A stretch of DNA of 48,141 nucleotides, filler included, from Sphacelaria rigidula (Eukaryota): assembly GCA_964200075.2 (NCBI GenBank). It is 2 parts of 2 records of this genome, joined end to end, with 100 filler letters (N's around TTAATTAATTAA, not from the genome) between each part and the next. Parts side by side here need not be neighbours in the genome. Positions count along the whole stretch, not along the records: positions 1 to 24,022 come from CAXNAA020000231.1; 1 more part is not named here. One strand, written 5' to 3'. Below are positions 1 to 12,200 of this stretch, in pieces (the first letter of the stretch is position 1; each line of letters starts with the position of its first letter). A program made the translations under genes and the position numbers. The notes under the pieces were generated by a model. That model saw only the letters and a program-made list of their open reading frames with translations. It was not told where the DNA came from and made no database searches.

Positions 1-8
1 GGGGGGTA

Positions 9-52
<44 letters not shown>

Positions 53-83
53 CTATCATAGAAAGTGCCCAAGGTGAATCGAA
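1..83 (-). CDS. Gene A candidate further 3' exon (FDSPWALSMIAPPP...) running into the window edge
   Basis: Acceptor tttttccag at 84-92; phase 0 matches donor GAG|GTGCGA at 719. Ends in a G homopolymer that may be a contig-end artefact. Confidence 0.35.
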
Positions 84-718
84 CTGGAAAAACTTGCTGA
101 ATAGGGGAAGCTCGAGAAAGGGTAAAGAGCAAAAAACAGAGAGACGAGACAGGAGAGAACAACAAACACAAGAAAGCTGAAACACGAGAAACGGAAACGT
201 ACACACACACACACATATGATGTACCTTGACGGACAGAGGGAAAAAAAATGGTACTTGAAGAAAGGAGGGGAGTGAAGGAGGGAAAAGGTTTGACTCTAA
301 CAACGCAATAAAACGTAAAACGACGTGACATGGCCGCTTAGGATCAACTGCTTATCTACGTGACTTCCCCCGCCTTTCGTGCGTGCATCTCAATCCAAAT
401 GTGAGCTGATATGGTGGGTCACTCAATTAGTCAGTTCTGCATACGTGGGAGAGATATACATGCACTATACAGTCCTGTCGTTCGGAAGTCGCGCAGTAAA
501 AGCCACAATGGAAGGAAAATGTATAATATAAGTAACATCCTCGACACCACCAACGGCAACTCACGCAGCATGCCGTGGAGTCAACTGCGACGACCTCAAA
601 GTGGAAAATGACTGTCAGATTTAATCCGGAGTCGGACATCCCACATCTCAATTTGGCAAGAATATGTCACACGAGAGAACTCAAATCAGCAGAGGTCACG
701 CGTACGATACCATCGCAC

Positions 719-1906
719 CTCGATTTCTCGACGCGCCGATTTTTCCTTATTACTTCGCCGACGGTTGATTCCTCGAGGTGCCGGCGGAGACATCACACCG
801 CCAGCCGCCGCCCCCGTTCCCGGTGGATTCTGCACTTCCTTGGCTTGCGCTACCTCCCCGGGCGGCTGCCCCTGCCGCTGAATCTTCCACTCGAATCGCT
901 CGTACGGATCGAAGTACCCGGGGGGCGGGAAGTTAGGATCGCCCCCCCTCTCCGCGCCAGCACCGGCACCCCCGCCACCCTTACCGCTACCACCGCCGCC
1001 ACTGCCACCACCCCCGCCGCTGCCTCCATCGCCCCGACCGCCACCGCCAGTGTTCCGCCCAGTATCCCGATCCGCTTCCATATCGGCCAGCATCCGGTTA
1101 AACGCTGCGTCCGACATCTGCCCATGGTCTAGCCTCGCCGCCGCGCGCGGCCGCGAAATATCGGTCACCGCATCGTCATCCCCGTCGTCTGCGATACCGC
1201 CGCCGCCCAGGCCCCGGCCTTTGCCCTTAAGACTGGCCACGCGGCTGGTTCGCCCGCTGATGAGGGCCGACGGTGGCGTCACTGGCAGGAGCGGGCCGAG
1301 GGATACACGGGAACTCCGTCGCTTCTTGGAAGACGGCCCGGGAGTGGTGGTTGCCGCACTCCGGGTTGTTGAGTCTTCGCCAGCGTCACGGTTGCGCCGA
1401 GGCGAGTTTGACAAACCGGATGCTTCAGCGGCAGCGGCGTTGGTCGTAGCGACACCGTTGGGATCTTGCTCCTGACCCAGTAGATGCTTGTCATACGTTC
1501 GTTGTCTGGCAGCATCATCGCGGCCCGTGACACTTGCGTTCGACTGTTTACCGCGCACGTCGGCAGACATGGCACTGTCGGATCGGCTGAAAACGCTGCC
1601 GCTAGCCCAAGGATCATGCACACCCCCTCGTCCCGGCGCTATTGTCGCAGCGCCACCGGCAGTCTTTTGCCTCTTCGCCGCACCTTCCTCGTACCCTTCT
1701 TCTACTCCATCGACTCCATCCCCGCCTCTGCTCACATCTTCCTCGTTTCTCGCAGCAGCCTTCTCTCTCTCTCTTTCCTCAATACGTTCCCTCTCGGCGC
1801 ACTCCCGCGCGACAGCCGCCGCGTCCCTCGCGGCATCCGCGTACCACGCCAAACGTTTTTCTTCGGCATCTTTTGCCGCCGCCAAGGCCTCTTTAGTGGC
1901 GTCAAC
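719..1906 (-). CDS. Gene A exon (coiled-coil start, then Gly/Ala/Ser-rich low complexity)
   Basis: Acceptor ctgtcag|GTT GAC at 1906; donor GAG|GTGCGA at 719, otherwise reads to the stop at 686; ORF 686-1885. Confidence 0.8.
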
Positions 1907-4900
1907 CTGACAGAGCGTATCAACATGAGGATGGCAAATTTATTTTTCGTTTGAGCGGGTGGACAAAAAAAAGTGTGCGTATGGGGGGGGGAGGGGTCCG
2001 GAATGGCATACGGGAAATGCTGGGAAGGGAGGGCCGTTCCTTTTCTAACGGAAAGTCATCGACAACTGGGACATCAGAGGGATGGTGCGCGTTATTGGTC
2101 ACCACACTAGTCAACCGCACGGTAATGGATAATTTACAGCACAGTTTGAATTTTTTATGCATCTTCCTTGGTTTCGGCAGGGTGCACATTGACTGAGTCT
2201 CAATCATCACCACGAGCACCCCTACACGAGCCTCAACCAGAAAGGCTACGACCATCCGCGTTCCAAACTGGAGCTGTTGGCGTCAATAGCTAGCGCGCAC
2301 GCCATATCAACACAGTGTAGCCATCAGGGGTATCCCACAGGCGACCATCTGCTATGCTATCTCTGTACTCGAGCCCTACGAAATGTGCATCCCATCCTCC
2401 TCTCCCCGACCGCTCCCCCCCGCCCCCCACTCCCTCCCGTCCTGCACCTGATCTGCTCTTCACAACACGCGCACGCCGATACATATCCCTGAAACTCACC
2501 TCGACCCTATATGCTCGCGAAAGCTTCAGCTCGTACGGCGTCCGCCACGACTCCCTAAAAGCGCGAACCGGGAGCGCATCGACGAGCTCGGTCGTCAACC
2601 GCGCCAACTGGTGGACGCTGTCGGCCGCCCGCACGTCCACAGGCCACTGCCCGCCGATACCCCACCCCTGCTTCCACTGCGTCCCAGAGAGAAGTCCACC
2701 AAACGAATCCATCATTCGGAGGAGGAGCTCCACGACTGGCTCCAGGTGCGCATGCTTGGCGGAACGTTCAGCCTCGGCTGGACACTCCTCGGGGTCTTCG
2801 GGAAGCAGACGGCGTTGTCCAGATGGTCGACTGCGGCTGCCGCTGCCGCTGCCGCTGCCGCCGTTGCCCCCGCCGCCGCCTGCCGCTGGGGTCTCCGCTA
2901 GCGGCCACGCCTCCCACCGACAAAGCTCGTCGCCCACACCGTTCCCGAAGGGCGAGCCCGCGTCCTTGTGCACCGGCATGCCGGGGTATGGGATGGCCTT
3001 GCCGTAGCGATTAACATACAGGAGAGGGTCGTTGTCTGCAGCCGACCGGGCTTGGGCGGCAGCTTCGTCGATGGCGGCCTGCCGCCGCTCTTCTTCTGCT
3101 GCAGTCTCAGCCGCTTTCGCAGCCTCCTCGGCCGCCGCCGCTTCGGCCGCTTTGGCGGCCTTCGCCGCAGCAGCTTCGGCGACCTTCGCAGCTCTGGCGG
3201 CTTTTGCTTCCTCCGCCGCCCGTTGCCGCGCCTCGGCCGCCTGTTTCCTAGCCAGGGCCGCCTCTGCGACCGCTTTTGCCCTCGCCTCCATGGCCGCCTT
3301 TCTTGCCTCCGCTACTTCTTTAGCTCGAATCTCTTCCGCTATCTTCGCTGCAGCTCTAGCGTCAGCTTCGGCTTGCGCTTCAGCTTCCGCCTGCGCTTGG
3401 GCTCTAGCTTCGGCGTCGTTTTTTTCATCCGCGACTTTTTCGGCGTCAGCCTCCGCTTGTTCGGATTCCTGTGCGACATCCACCTCACCTTCCCCCGCAG
3501 GTCCTGTTTTAGCCCCTGATGAGACACCTTCGGTTGATGCGACGTTCTTTTGAGCGTTTGCTTCATCCTCCTTGTCCGACACGACTGTCGCGGCAGTTGT
3601 GGCCTCGCCCTCCTCGTCGTCACTTGGGTGTGCCTCTGAAGCCATGCGCGCCGCCGCAATCGCCTCAGCCTCGGCGGAAGCCTTGGCGCCCTTTGATGTT
3701 GCGACTCTGGCGGCCATCAGCATCGCCTCGTCTGGATCCGTCGGTGTGCTCGATTCCTCGCCGGCGCTGTCTCGCTCCCCTCGCGTCCCGTTCGTGGCCC
3801 TTGAGCCTGATATTGAGTCATCGTCACTGTCACATTTATCAGATGCCTTGCTCATCGTCTCCGCTGCCTCTGCGGCCGCCGCTGACTCTTTTCCTCGCGC
3901 TGTCGATGGACCGTTCGACTTCCTGCTTGATGACCCTTCTCCGGGTACTGCCAATGTTTGATCGGCGACGCTAGACGTTCCCGCTGCATCACCAGGATCA
4001 CTGGCACCCGCGTCCGAAACCCCGACGTTAGCCTTGTCACCAGGAGCGGAAGAAGCAGCTCCCGCTGCTTGAGAAGTCCTCGTAACTCGAGGCGTGCCGC
4101 CTAGCCGAGGAGAAGCGCGCGAGCCTCCTCTCCCGCGGCCTGGGCCCCTCCCCCGCCCCCGCCCCCGACCCTTGCCGCTACCCCGAGGCCGGCCAGGCCC
4201 GCGCTTTACAGGTGGCACGGGTGCACTATCGACCACCGGGGGATGGGCACCGCCGTCGCCATCACTCTCTGGCTGTGATGAGGCAGCGGAGGTTGCCTTC
4301 GATTTCTTCGATTCAGCGCGCCCGGCCGCTGCCAAACGGGAAACGCTTGCGGATACAACAGATGCATCAGAATCGTCGTCATCAGGTTCATCAGAACTTT
4401 CGTCATCGGATTCATCGGATTCATCACTACTACCGGCGTCACTGTCCTCATGGCTGCCACTGTCGTCATCACTGTCACCTCGCCTCTTGCGGCCCTTGCC
4501 AGAGCCCGTCGACAATCTACGACGGCCGGCACTAGCGCGAGTATCATCCTTAGCCGCACCTGCGGCGACAGAATTCCCGTCGACTTGCTCAGGATCGCTC
4601 TCAGCATCGTTCTCGGTACCACCACCTCCTTTAGTCCCCTTGAGTTCGACGGCCGGGGCCGGCTTCTTTTTGAACGCCTCCCGGGGAAAGCTCACCATGC
4701 TGAAGGGAAAATTTCTCGCCACCGTTTCCCCGAGAAATTGTCCAAGCAAGAAAACATCCCTGGGTGATAACAACTCCACGTCCCACCCCTCCTCCTCCGC
4801 CTCAGGTTCCCTCTCAGGCGAGTCCAGTCGCCGCCCACTGCCCCCGCCACGCCTCTCGTCTTCTTCATCTCCACTCCCGGCAGGGCTCCCCCTCCCTCTG

Positions 4901-7900
4901 CCTCTACCCCTGCCCCTACCCCGTCCTCGGCCCCGTCCGCGTCCAGGGCTAGCCCCTGTGCCTCTCCCTCTCCCCCTTCCCCGACCGCGCCCTCTCCCTC
5001 GTCCCCGTGGAGACGCTGCCCGCATCGCCCGCGACTTTTCCAAAGCAGCGGCTGCAGCGGCCTGCGCCTTCGCCTCGGCCGCCGCTTCTCGTACCGCCGC
5101 CTCCGCCGCCTCTTCGGCCGCCGCCGCTTCGGCGACCTCTGCTTCCTGCACCGCGACTGCCCAAGGTTTTCTTTTGTCCGGGGGCGGCGCGGTGCGGAAC
5201 ACGAAACCTCCGATGACCCACACAGGTCCAAGCGGGGTGGTGACGCGAGGAATACGAATGCCGTCGGGGGCGGAGTCGGGCACGCGGCACTCCCAGCAGG
5301 ACCAGTTGTCGGTTTCGATCCCGTGCTTACCGCCGATGCACTTGGTGTGGTACGCTCGCGGACAGTTGTCGCAGCAGACCAAGTTCCCGCCCACCCCGCA
5401 GATGATGCAATCGAAAACCGTCCCGTCCTCATCCACCACGAAATTTTCTGGCGGCGAGCGTAATCGGTACTCTATCTCCTTCTCAAACCAAGGACACTGT
5501 GACGAAAAAGACGACAAACGAAACGCGGGGGCGTCAATCGAGGAAAGCGCCCGCCAAAGACGTAGAAACGACTAGGGCACGTGGGTGACCGGGTGTGGAT
5601 TCGGCAGGGTTGTTGTTGTTCGGTGCGCCGTGCAGAGAAAGCGTTAACACGAAATCGTTACAAATGTCATAATCGGCCGCCAAAATATACGTTCAAAATT
5701 GGGAACTGCAAAAGAAAACAAGCGCTCCACGCGAGCCATCGAGGGGTGCCGACGACTTCCCCTCGCCTTGCAACGTTGGATAATTTTGTTCCTGCCTTAT
5801 CTTACGGGGCTGATCATCGTGATGTCGCGCATGGCCGACCACATCGAACCCGCCCGACAAACCGGGGACAACATATACGACTCGTGTCAAGTGTACGGAA
5901 ACATGAAACCCAGTTCGATGTGACCGACATGCAGCCCCCTCCCATCCCCATATCCGTATTTCGTGTTGGGTTATCTCTCGAACAAAACAACGCACCTCCA
6001 TCGCGAGATCGACAAGATACTCCAGCGCTTGGACCTTGATGTCTAGAGGAAGCAAGTGATACTCTCCGCTCTCGAACGCCGACGCCATTATCTCCAGAGG
6101 GTCCCGCTCGACCCCATCCTCTTCGCCGTCACTCTTGTCACCTTTGCTTCGGTCTGATCTTCCATCGTCCTCATCTGCGGTGTAATTTTCAAGATCGGGT
6201 TGTGGCAAATGAACGTCATTATTATAGCTAGCTCACTCGCCCACTATGCAAAAAGGAGAGTGTGTCACAAGCGAGCAGAACATCAAATGGGATCAGACTT
6301 CGACCGAAGAGCCTCGCGATTGAGCGTCTTTCCTTTTTTCCGCACACTTTGAACCCCTCCCCTTCCTCGGGATGAGTCCGTGGTCTCAAGGGATTCCCCC
6401 ATCTCTCTCTCGGTACGTGCCTTTTATTTTGTTCTCGCGGATTGGGTCAGCACTCCCGCACCGCATCAACTCACGTCAAACAAATTCAGTATACCACTTT
6501 GTTCACTCACGTTCTCACGCTTTCCACGGTGGAAATCATGCGTCACGAAGAAAAACCCAACGCATCGGTAATCGAACCTCTATTCTCTCCACCCTACTGG
6601 CAACAGTCGGACCATTACACCACCGGGGCGCGGCATACCCACAACATATCGAAAGCCACTACATGAGAATAAGGCATGGCGAAATGAAAATAAATATGGG
6701 GAGAAACGGACGGACACACAGACAAAGACACAAAGAGGGCGAAAACCATTCGCAGCTGGATCCCGACGGCAGCAACAACAAAAAACGTTCCTATTGGTCC
6801 TCACTTAGCACCAACGCAAGACGCCAACTTGAGCGTTTCGTGTCTATTCGGAACCGAAAGAAACAGCAAAACATTAGCTCCTCCTTCGACAACGCAGAGC
6901 CAAAATGAATACATCAATCTATATATAGCGTCCCAAGCAACAAATGAGTACGCCCCCCCCCCATTTGGCACCTTCACCGTCACGGCCTTGGCCATCAGCC
7001 GCCGACTTCGAGCCTGCATCTGACCCTTCGTCTGATTCCTCGCCGGATAGCATGCCGTCGCTCTCGCCTTCCAACTCCGCCAAGGCCTTTTCCTCCTCGC
7101 GACGCCGGTGCTCCTCAACCGCTCGCACGAGCTCCACGAAGTAAGCAGGCCAGGTGACCTAGGGAACAAAATGAAGGATGAGCAAGGCAAGAAAAAGAAG
7201 AGAAGAGAAAAAAAAAAAACGAGAGTAGTAAGTAGCCAAAACAACTATTATGCCGGTGGAAAATCGCTCGTTCTTTACAACCGTTTGGCAGGGAGACACT
7301 CGAAGAGTTTTTCCCGCTGGAGGGTAGGTGCATGACACTTACCAGGGCATAAAACTTGCGCTGGGGGTCCACACAGAAACAAGTTAACGCCCTTGCAGTC
7401 CAGGGGTCCAACATCCCCGCGGCCTTCTTTGCTCGAGTATTCGGGATTCCGGGCAGCCGAGTCTCCACTTTTCTCAAGTTGGATTATTCGAGTTTGGGAG
7501 ATTCATCCATATACCTCAACACTATCTTCAACTCAGAGTACATTATGTACATGTGGACGTCTCGTCACGACACCATGTACGGAGACTACAAAATGGTACA
7601 TCTGCAAGTAGGGAGATTGAATTAAAAAAATTCCAACTTGAGACATTTTTTGTGGGAAGAAACGAAAAGGGCAAATATTTTCTCGCGCTGGACTTTGATC
7701 TACCTGTGAAGACTAACTATATCGAGAGAAATATCGGCCGTATAAATCATGTACTAGGGTCCGGTGCTGTATGGCAAAATGCGCCCAAATTCGGTGTACT
7801 GGTCGCTGTTGCTTCAGCGCCCTATTGTCCCATATACATGAAGTCGGGATAACAAGTGTACAATCATACGTACGCGGCAAGAGCAAACAGCAGAACGGAT

Positions 7901-9174
7901 GCTGCGCGTTCACCTGTATCTCGACGTCTATACATTCAGGAGCATCACCACAATACCATCTAATTTTTACCTGATCTAGGCATCTCCAGTCCAACTCTCG
8001 CTGGGCCTCTCTCCCTTTACACCACCCTCCAACGCGCCCCTTCAGCGAGCAAGAAACACGCTTCAGCAGTTCGCAGTGCACGGCGTCAAGCAGAGGATTG
8101 CGCAGCTGCAGGGTCATCGCCCTCAAGAACGCAACGCTCGTGCACGGGGCGAGCCGGAAGGGCCGGCTGAACGTCCGTATAAGTGCGTACGCACCCAGCG
8201 CTCGATGCGCCAGGCGCGGCACAAACCCGAACGGAAGGGAAGGGCCTGCCACCTCGCGCGGTTTCTCTGCCGTTTCTCCCTCCAGGCGGTGTTTCCACGC
8301 CTTCCAATCCGCTTCGTCGTTCCGGCGCATTCTTGCAAGCCTAGCCTCTAGCCACCCTCCTTTGCCGCCGGTGGAGCCGCCGCTGCCGCTGCCGCTGCCG
8401 CCGACTGTCTCACCGATTCCGCTGCTATCAACGTCCTGCTGTGGGAGGTTTGGGGGGTCTTGACGGAAGCAGAGGCGCTGATGAGGGCCTGGGCCCTGCG
8501 ACATCTCGGAGAACCTTCTGACTCGTTCCAACCGTCGGTTCAAGCGGCGTTGGCCCAGCGGAGGCCAACAGTAGGTATATTTAGCTTCAGCCGCGGGTCC
8601 CGCTGCCACCGTCGATTTGTCTTCGTCCTTTTCGACCGCGACCCTGATGCTCTTTTCGCCGCCTTCGGCGGAGGTGCTCGTTCGATCGCTGCGATCGCTG
8701 TCGCCACCAGTCCGATCCGTCAGTCTCGGGACTACCGGGACGCCGTTCGTACCGTCGCCGTCATCAGCGCCGGCGTTCGGGCCCAAGTAGTACCTCGGGT
8801 CGTTGGGAGCATACGACAGCTCGCGTCGCTGCTTCTCCTCAGCGTCCTCTCTGAGGCGTCGCAACAAGAGGTTTACTCGCAGTCGGCGGGCGCTCGTCTC
8901 CACTACCCTCTCCGCGAGCTCAGCTTCTTTTTTCACCGCCTCCACTTTTTTTGCGGCCTCTCGGTTCGCCGCCGCTTCGGCTTCGGCTTTCGCCTTGGCT
9001 TTCGCCTTGGCTGCCGCTGCCGCGGCTTTTGCCTCGGCAGCTTCTTTCTCGGCCGCCTTTTTTTGAGCTAGCAGTTTCTCTCTCTCGACCTGGGCGCGGG
9101 TTGGTCGCAGCCGCACCGGAGCGCCAAACCCTTTCCCGGGATAACTGCCATTATAATCTTCATCGTCATCGTCA

Positions 9175-9206
<32 letters not shown>

Positions 9207-12200
9207 TTCCTCATCGTCCTCCTCGTCGTCGTCGTCTACTTCCATGTCATCATGAAACTTCCTAGCCTTGCCGTTGCCCTTACCGGTTTTCGCGCCAGAT
9301 GATGATTCAGATGATGATTCGGATTCGTCGGCCGCCGGTGCAGGAGAACTTTTGCGTGATGGGTCCGCAGCGCTCTCATTATCGGGGTCATCAGGAGAGG
9401 ACGATGACGGTACTATCGGCGTTTCCGAGGTGATCGGTTGCATCGCCGTCGCTGACTTAAAACATTCCGCTCGTCGAGAGCCCCCGTCCTTCTCACCGAC
9501 AGCATCCATTCCATTATCGTCCACATCTAATGGACCCCCCTTTGCCGCCGGAGGTTCTGCCGCGCCAACACCATCTTTTTCGCCGGCCTTGGCATTTTCT
9601 TCGGCACTGTTGCTACCGCTACCGCCCCTGCCCCCGCCGCTCCCGCTCGACGAATCTGGCTCCAATACCACAGCCACCACGCCATCTTCTTTTGCTTCCC
9701 CGCATTTCCCAGTTCCATCTTCTCCTTGAGCCGCGGCGCCCTTCTCGCCGACGGGTTCCGCCTTATCTTTCGACTTTTCCTCCGACACAACCTCCAGAGG
9801 TGGTGAGGGAGGCGGAGTCAACGGCAGACAATCTGGCCGCTCCCACTCCTCCGGGATATGGAACACAGGGATGCTCGGAAAATGCAAGGGATGTCGCTGA
9901 ACTGATGCTGGGACAGCTATCGTCAGCCCTGTCCGAGGAGGAGAAACACCGCCGTTGGCTACGGTGCCTGGAAATGCGTTTGCCGAGGGCTGCTGCTGCG
10001 TCTGAAAGGGGGCACGCGGAATACGAAGGGCGTATTTATCGGGCTGTTGAAAAAACAAATACCCTGCGGTAATCCGTCTTCGCTACGAGGCTTTCTCGGG
10101 ATAACAACACTTGCACCAGGAGATTCGGGCGAAGAAACACAAGTACGTCGAAAATTGTGTACATGATGATCCAGCCCTAGCCTACGAAATTTTCAACGTG
10201 ACAGTTCATGAAACAAATGGTGCACGACGAAAGACATCTGCAGCCGAAAAAAAGCCGGAAGCGAAGGCCGTGATATTTTGAATACATCTCCCATCACTGC
10301 ACTATACCTGAGAAGTCGGTAAACTCGGCGCACCCATTGGGCGCTTTAGTCCGCTGGGTTCAGACCCGATCTGCTGCAACCCCCGCATCCTCCCTGCCCC
10401 CGTGGGGTGTACCATACCGCCGACACTAGCTCCCCTATTCCCCGCAGCTGCGAGCCAAGCCTGCTGCTGCGCGACGTCCGGCGCACTAGCTGTTGCCGCC
10501 GGAGACAACCTCACCGACATCCCCGGTGGCCGCTGCTGCCGTACTTCTCCCTGCATATGACCCGACACCCGTTCGATAACGATAGCGGGAGAGCGACAAG
10601 CAGGGGGGAGCGTTACGTGCTTACGCATGCACCGTGTGATCGTACGCCTGTTGGGTGTGACTTTCACAGGGTACGAGCGTGCACCACGACGGCCGAGAAG
10701 GACGTAGGTACCACATGCTCGACTACGCATGGGATGCCGATAAATTATCCTCCCGCTACGGGATTGGCACAAACTGATTATTTCTCTTCGGGAAGGAAGG
10801 AGTAACGGGTACACACGCACTACTAGTGCGAAAGCTCCACACAAACATGATATATTATTGCCCTACTTCATTCAGCAGCCAGCCGACCGCCCTCGCTCAA
10901 AGGCAGCGCCACACACTGGAATTTGAACCTTCAACCCTGGCTTTTCTTGCCGATGGACTCCCCCGTTAAGAAGAACGCCTCCAGATATTGTTTTCACGTT
11001 TACACCGGCTAAACTCCCCCGCGAGAATCAACTGGCTCACCTGCTGCGCATCCAGACCGGACACGCCTACAGCAGGCGGCATCTGCCACCCTGCTGCCCC
11101 TCCCTCGCCACTTCCTGCAACGCCTCTTCCACGCGCTTGCACTGCCCGCTGCTGTGCCAGAGCCGATGGAGATGGCGTTGACAGAGCCAGCGACTGTGCG
11201 GCAAGAGATGGTCGTGGAGGGGACAACTGAGCCGTGACCGCGGGGGCAAACGACTGCGCGGCTCGGAACGGTCCGCCGGTCGCGGTCGGGCTGGATAAGG
11301 GCGAAGCGGGCCAGGGGGGTGTCACACCGACCGCAGTTGGTATCGCTGGGGTGATGGTAGCACCACTTGCCGGAGATAAGTCACGATTGTGGCCAAAGTC
11401 CAGGGAGGAGTTTGCTGTCTGCAAGGGAGGCGCAAGAGTAAAATACATACAACACACACAAGAAACATGGAGAAAAATTCCACGAGGCCGGGCAAAAGAG
11501 AAATTGTGATACGGGTAACGGGAGCAAACGACTTGTTGGCATACGTGAGCTGTGTGCCAACTACCAAATCGCAAGGTTAAAAATAGTTTCGCTACATGGT
11601 AAGCGCTCGTGCCGGTGCTACGCTACCATAGAAAATCCGCGAGCGGCGGTTGATACTTACATTCCTCGGGAAACGTTTGCCCTCCTCGCCCCCCCGACGC
11701 GCGCGCCATCGCATCCCGGCGATGGCACACACGCGACGAGATCGTCTACTACTGCAGATAATGAAGCAAGGGAACGGAAGAGCCGCAATTCTATACCACG
11801 GATACCCGCTGAGCGTGCTTACCTTTTGCGATTCGCCAAGAAGACTGGAGGAAGCCGAAAGCCGCGGAGAAGTAGATCCGGTCGGGCTAGCCGAAGGCGC
11901 AGTCACACTCACACTCGCACCCGCGCTTCCACCACCGTAAGGCACTGGTCGCGGTCCGAACGCCGAGTACGCCGCCTCGAGCCGTCCTCGCAGCACACCC
12001 CCTGGCCGAGGTTGCCGGGGCTGGGAGTCTGGCTGGCGGGCTCTCCCGACAAGCGGTAATGCAACATCGCGGGGGGAGGTCGGTTGCTGTTCTCCCGCTT
12101 GATGCAATTCGTCGTGGCCAGCACCGGCGCCGCCAAGCGTCGTCGGTCCAGCAGCAAATAGCCCTTGGTCACTTGCTGGAAACGCCTGCGGCGACGATGG

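Noticed and set aside
1-52. G homopolymer as a G-quadruplex or poly-Pro coding tract
   Set aside because: At the window edge with unreliable length; may be a sequencing or assembly artefact.
7355-7430. Possible repeat fragment (ggggtccacacagaaac...ggggtccaacatcccc)
   Set aside because: Single occurrence in the window; cannot be supported without a genome-wide search.
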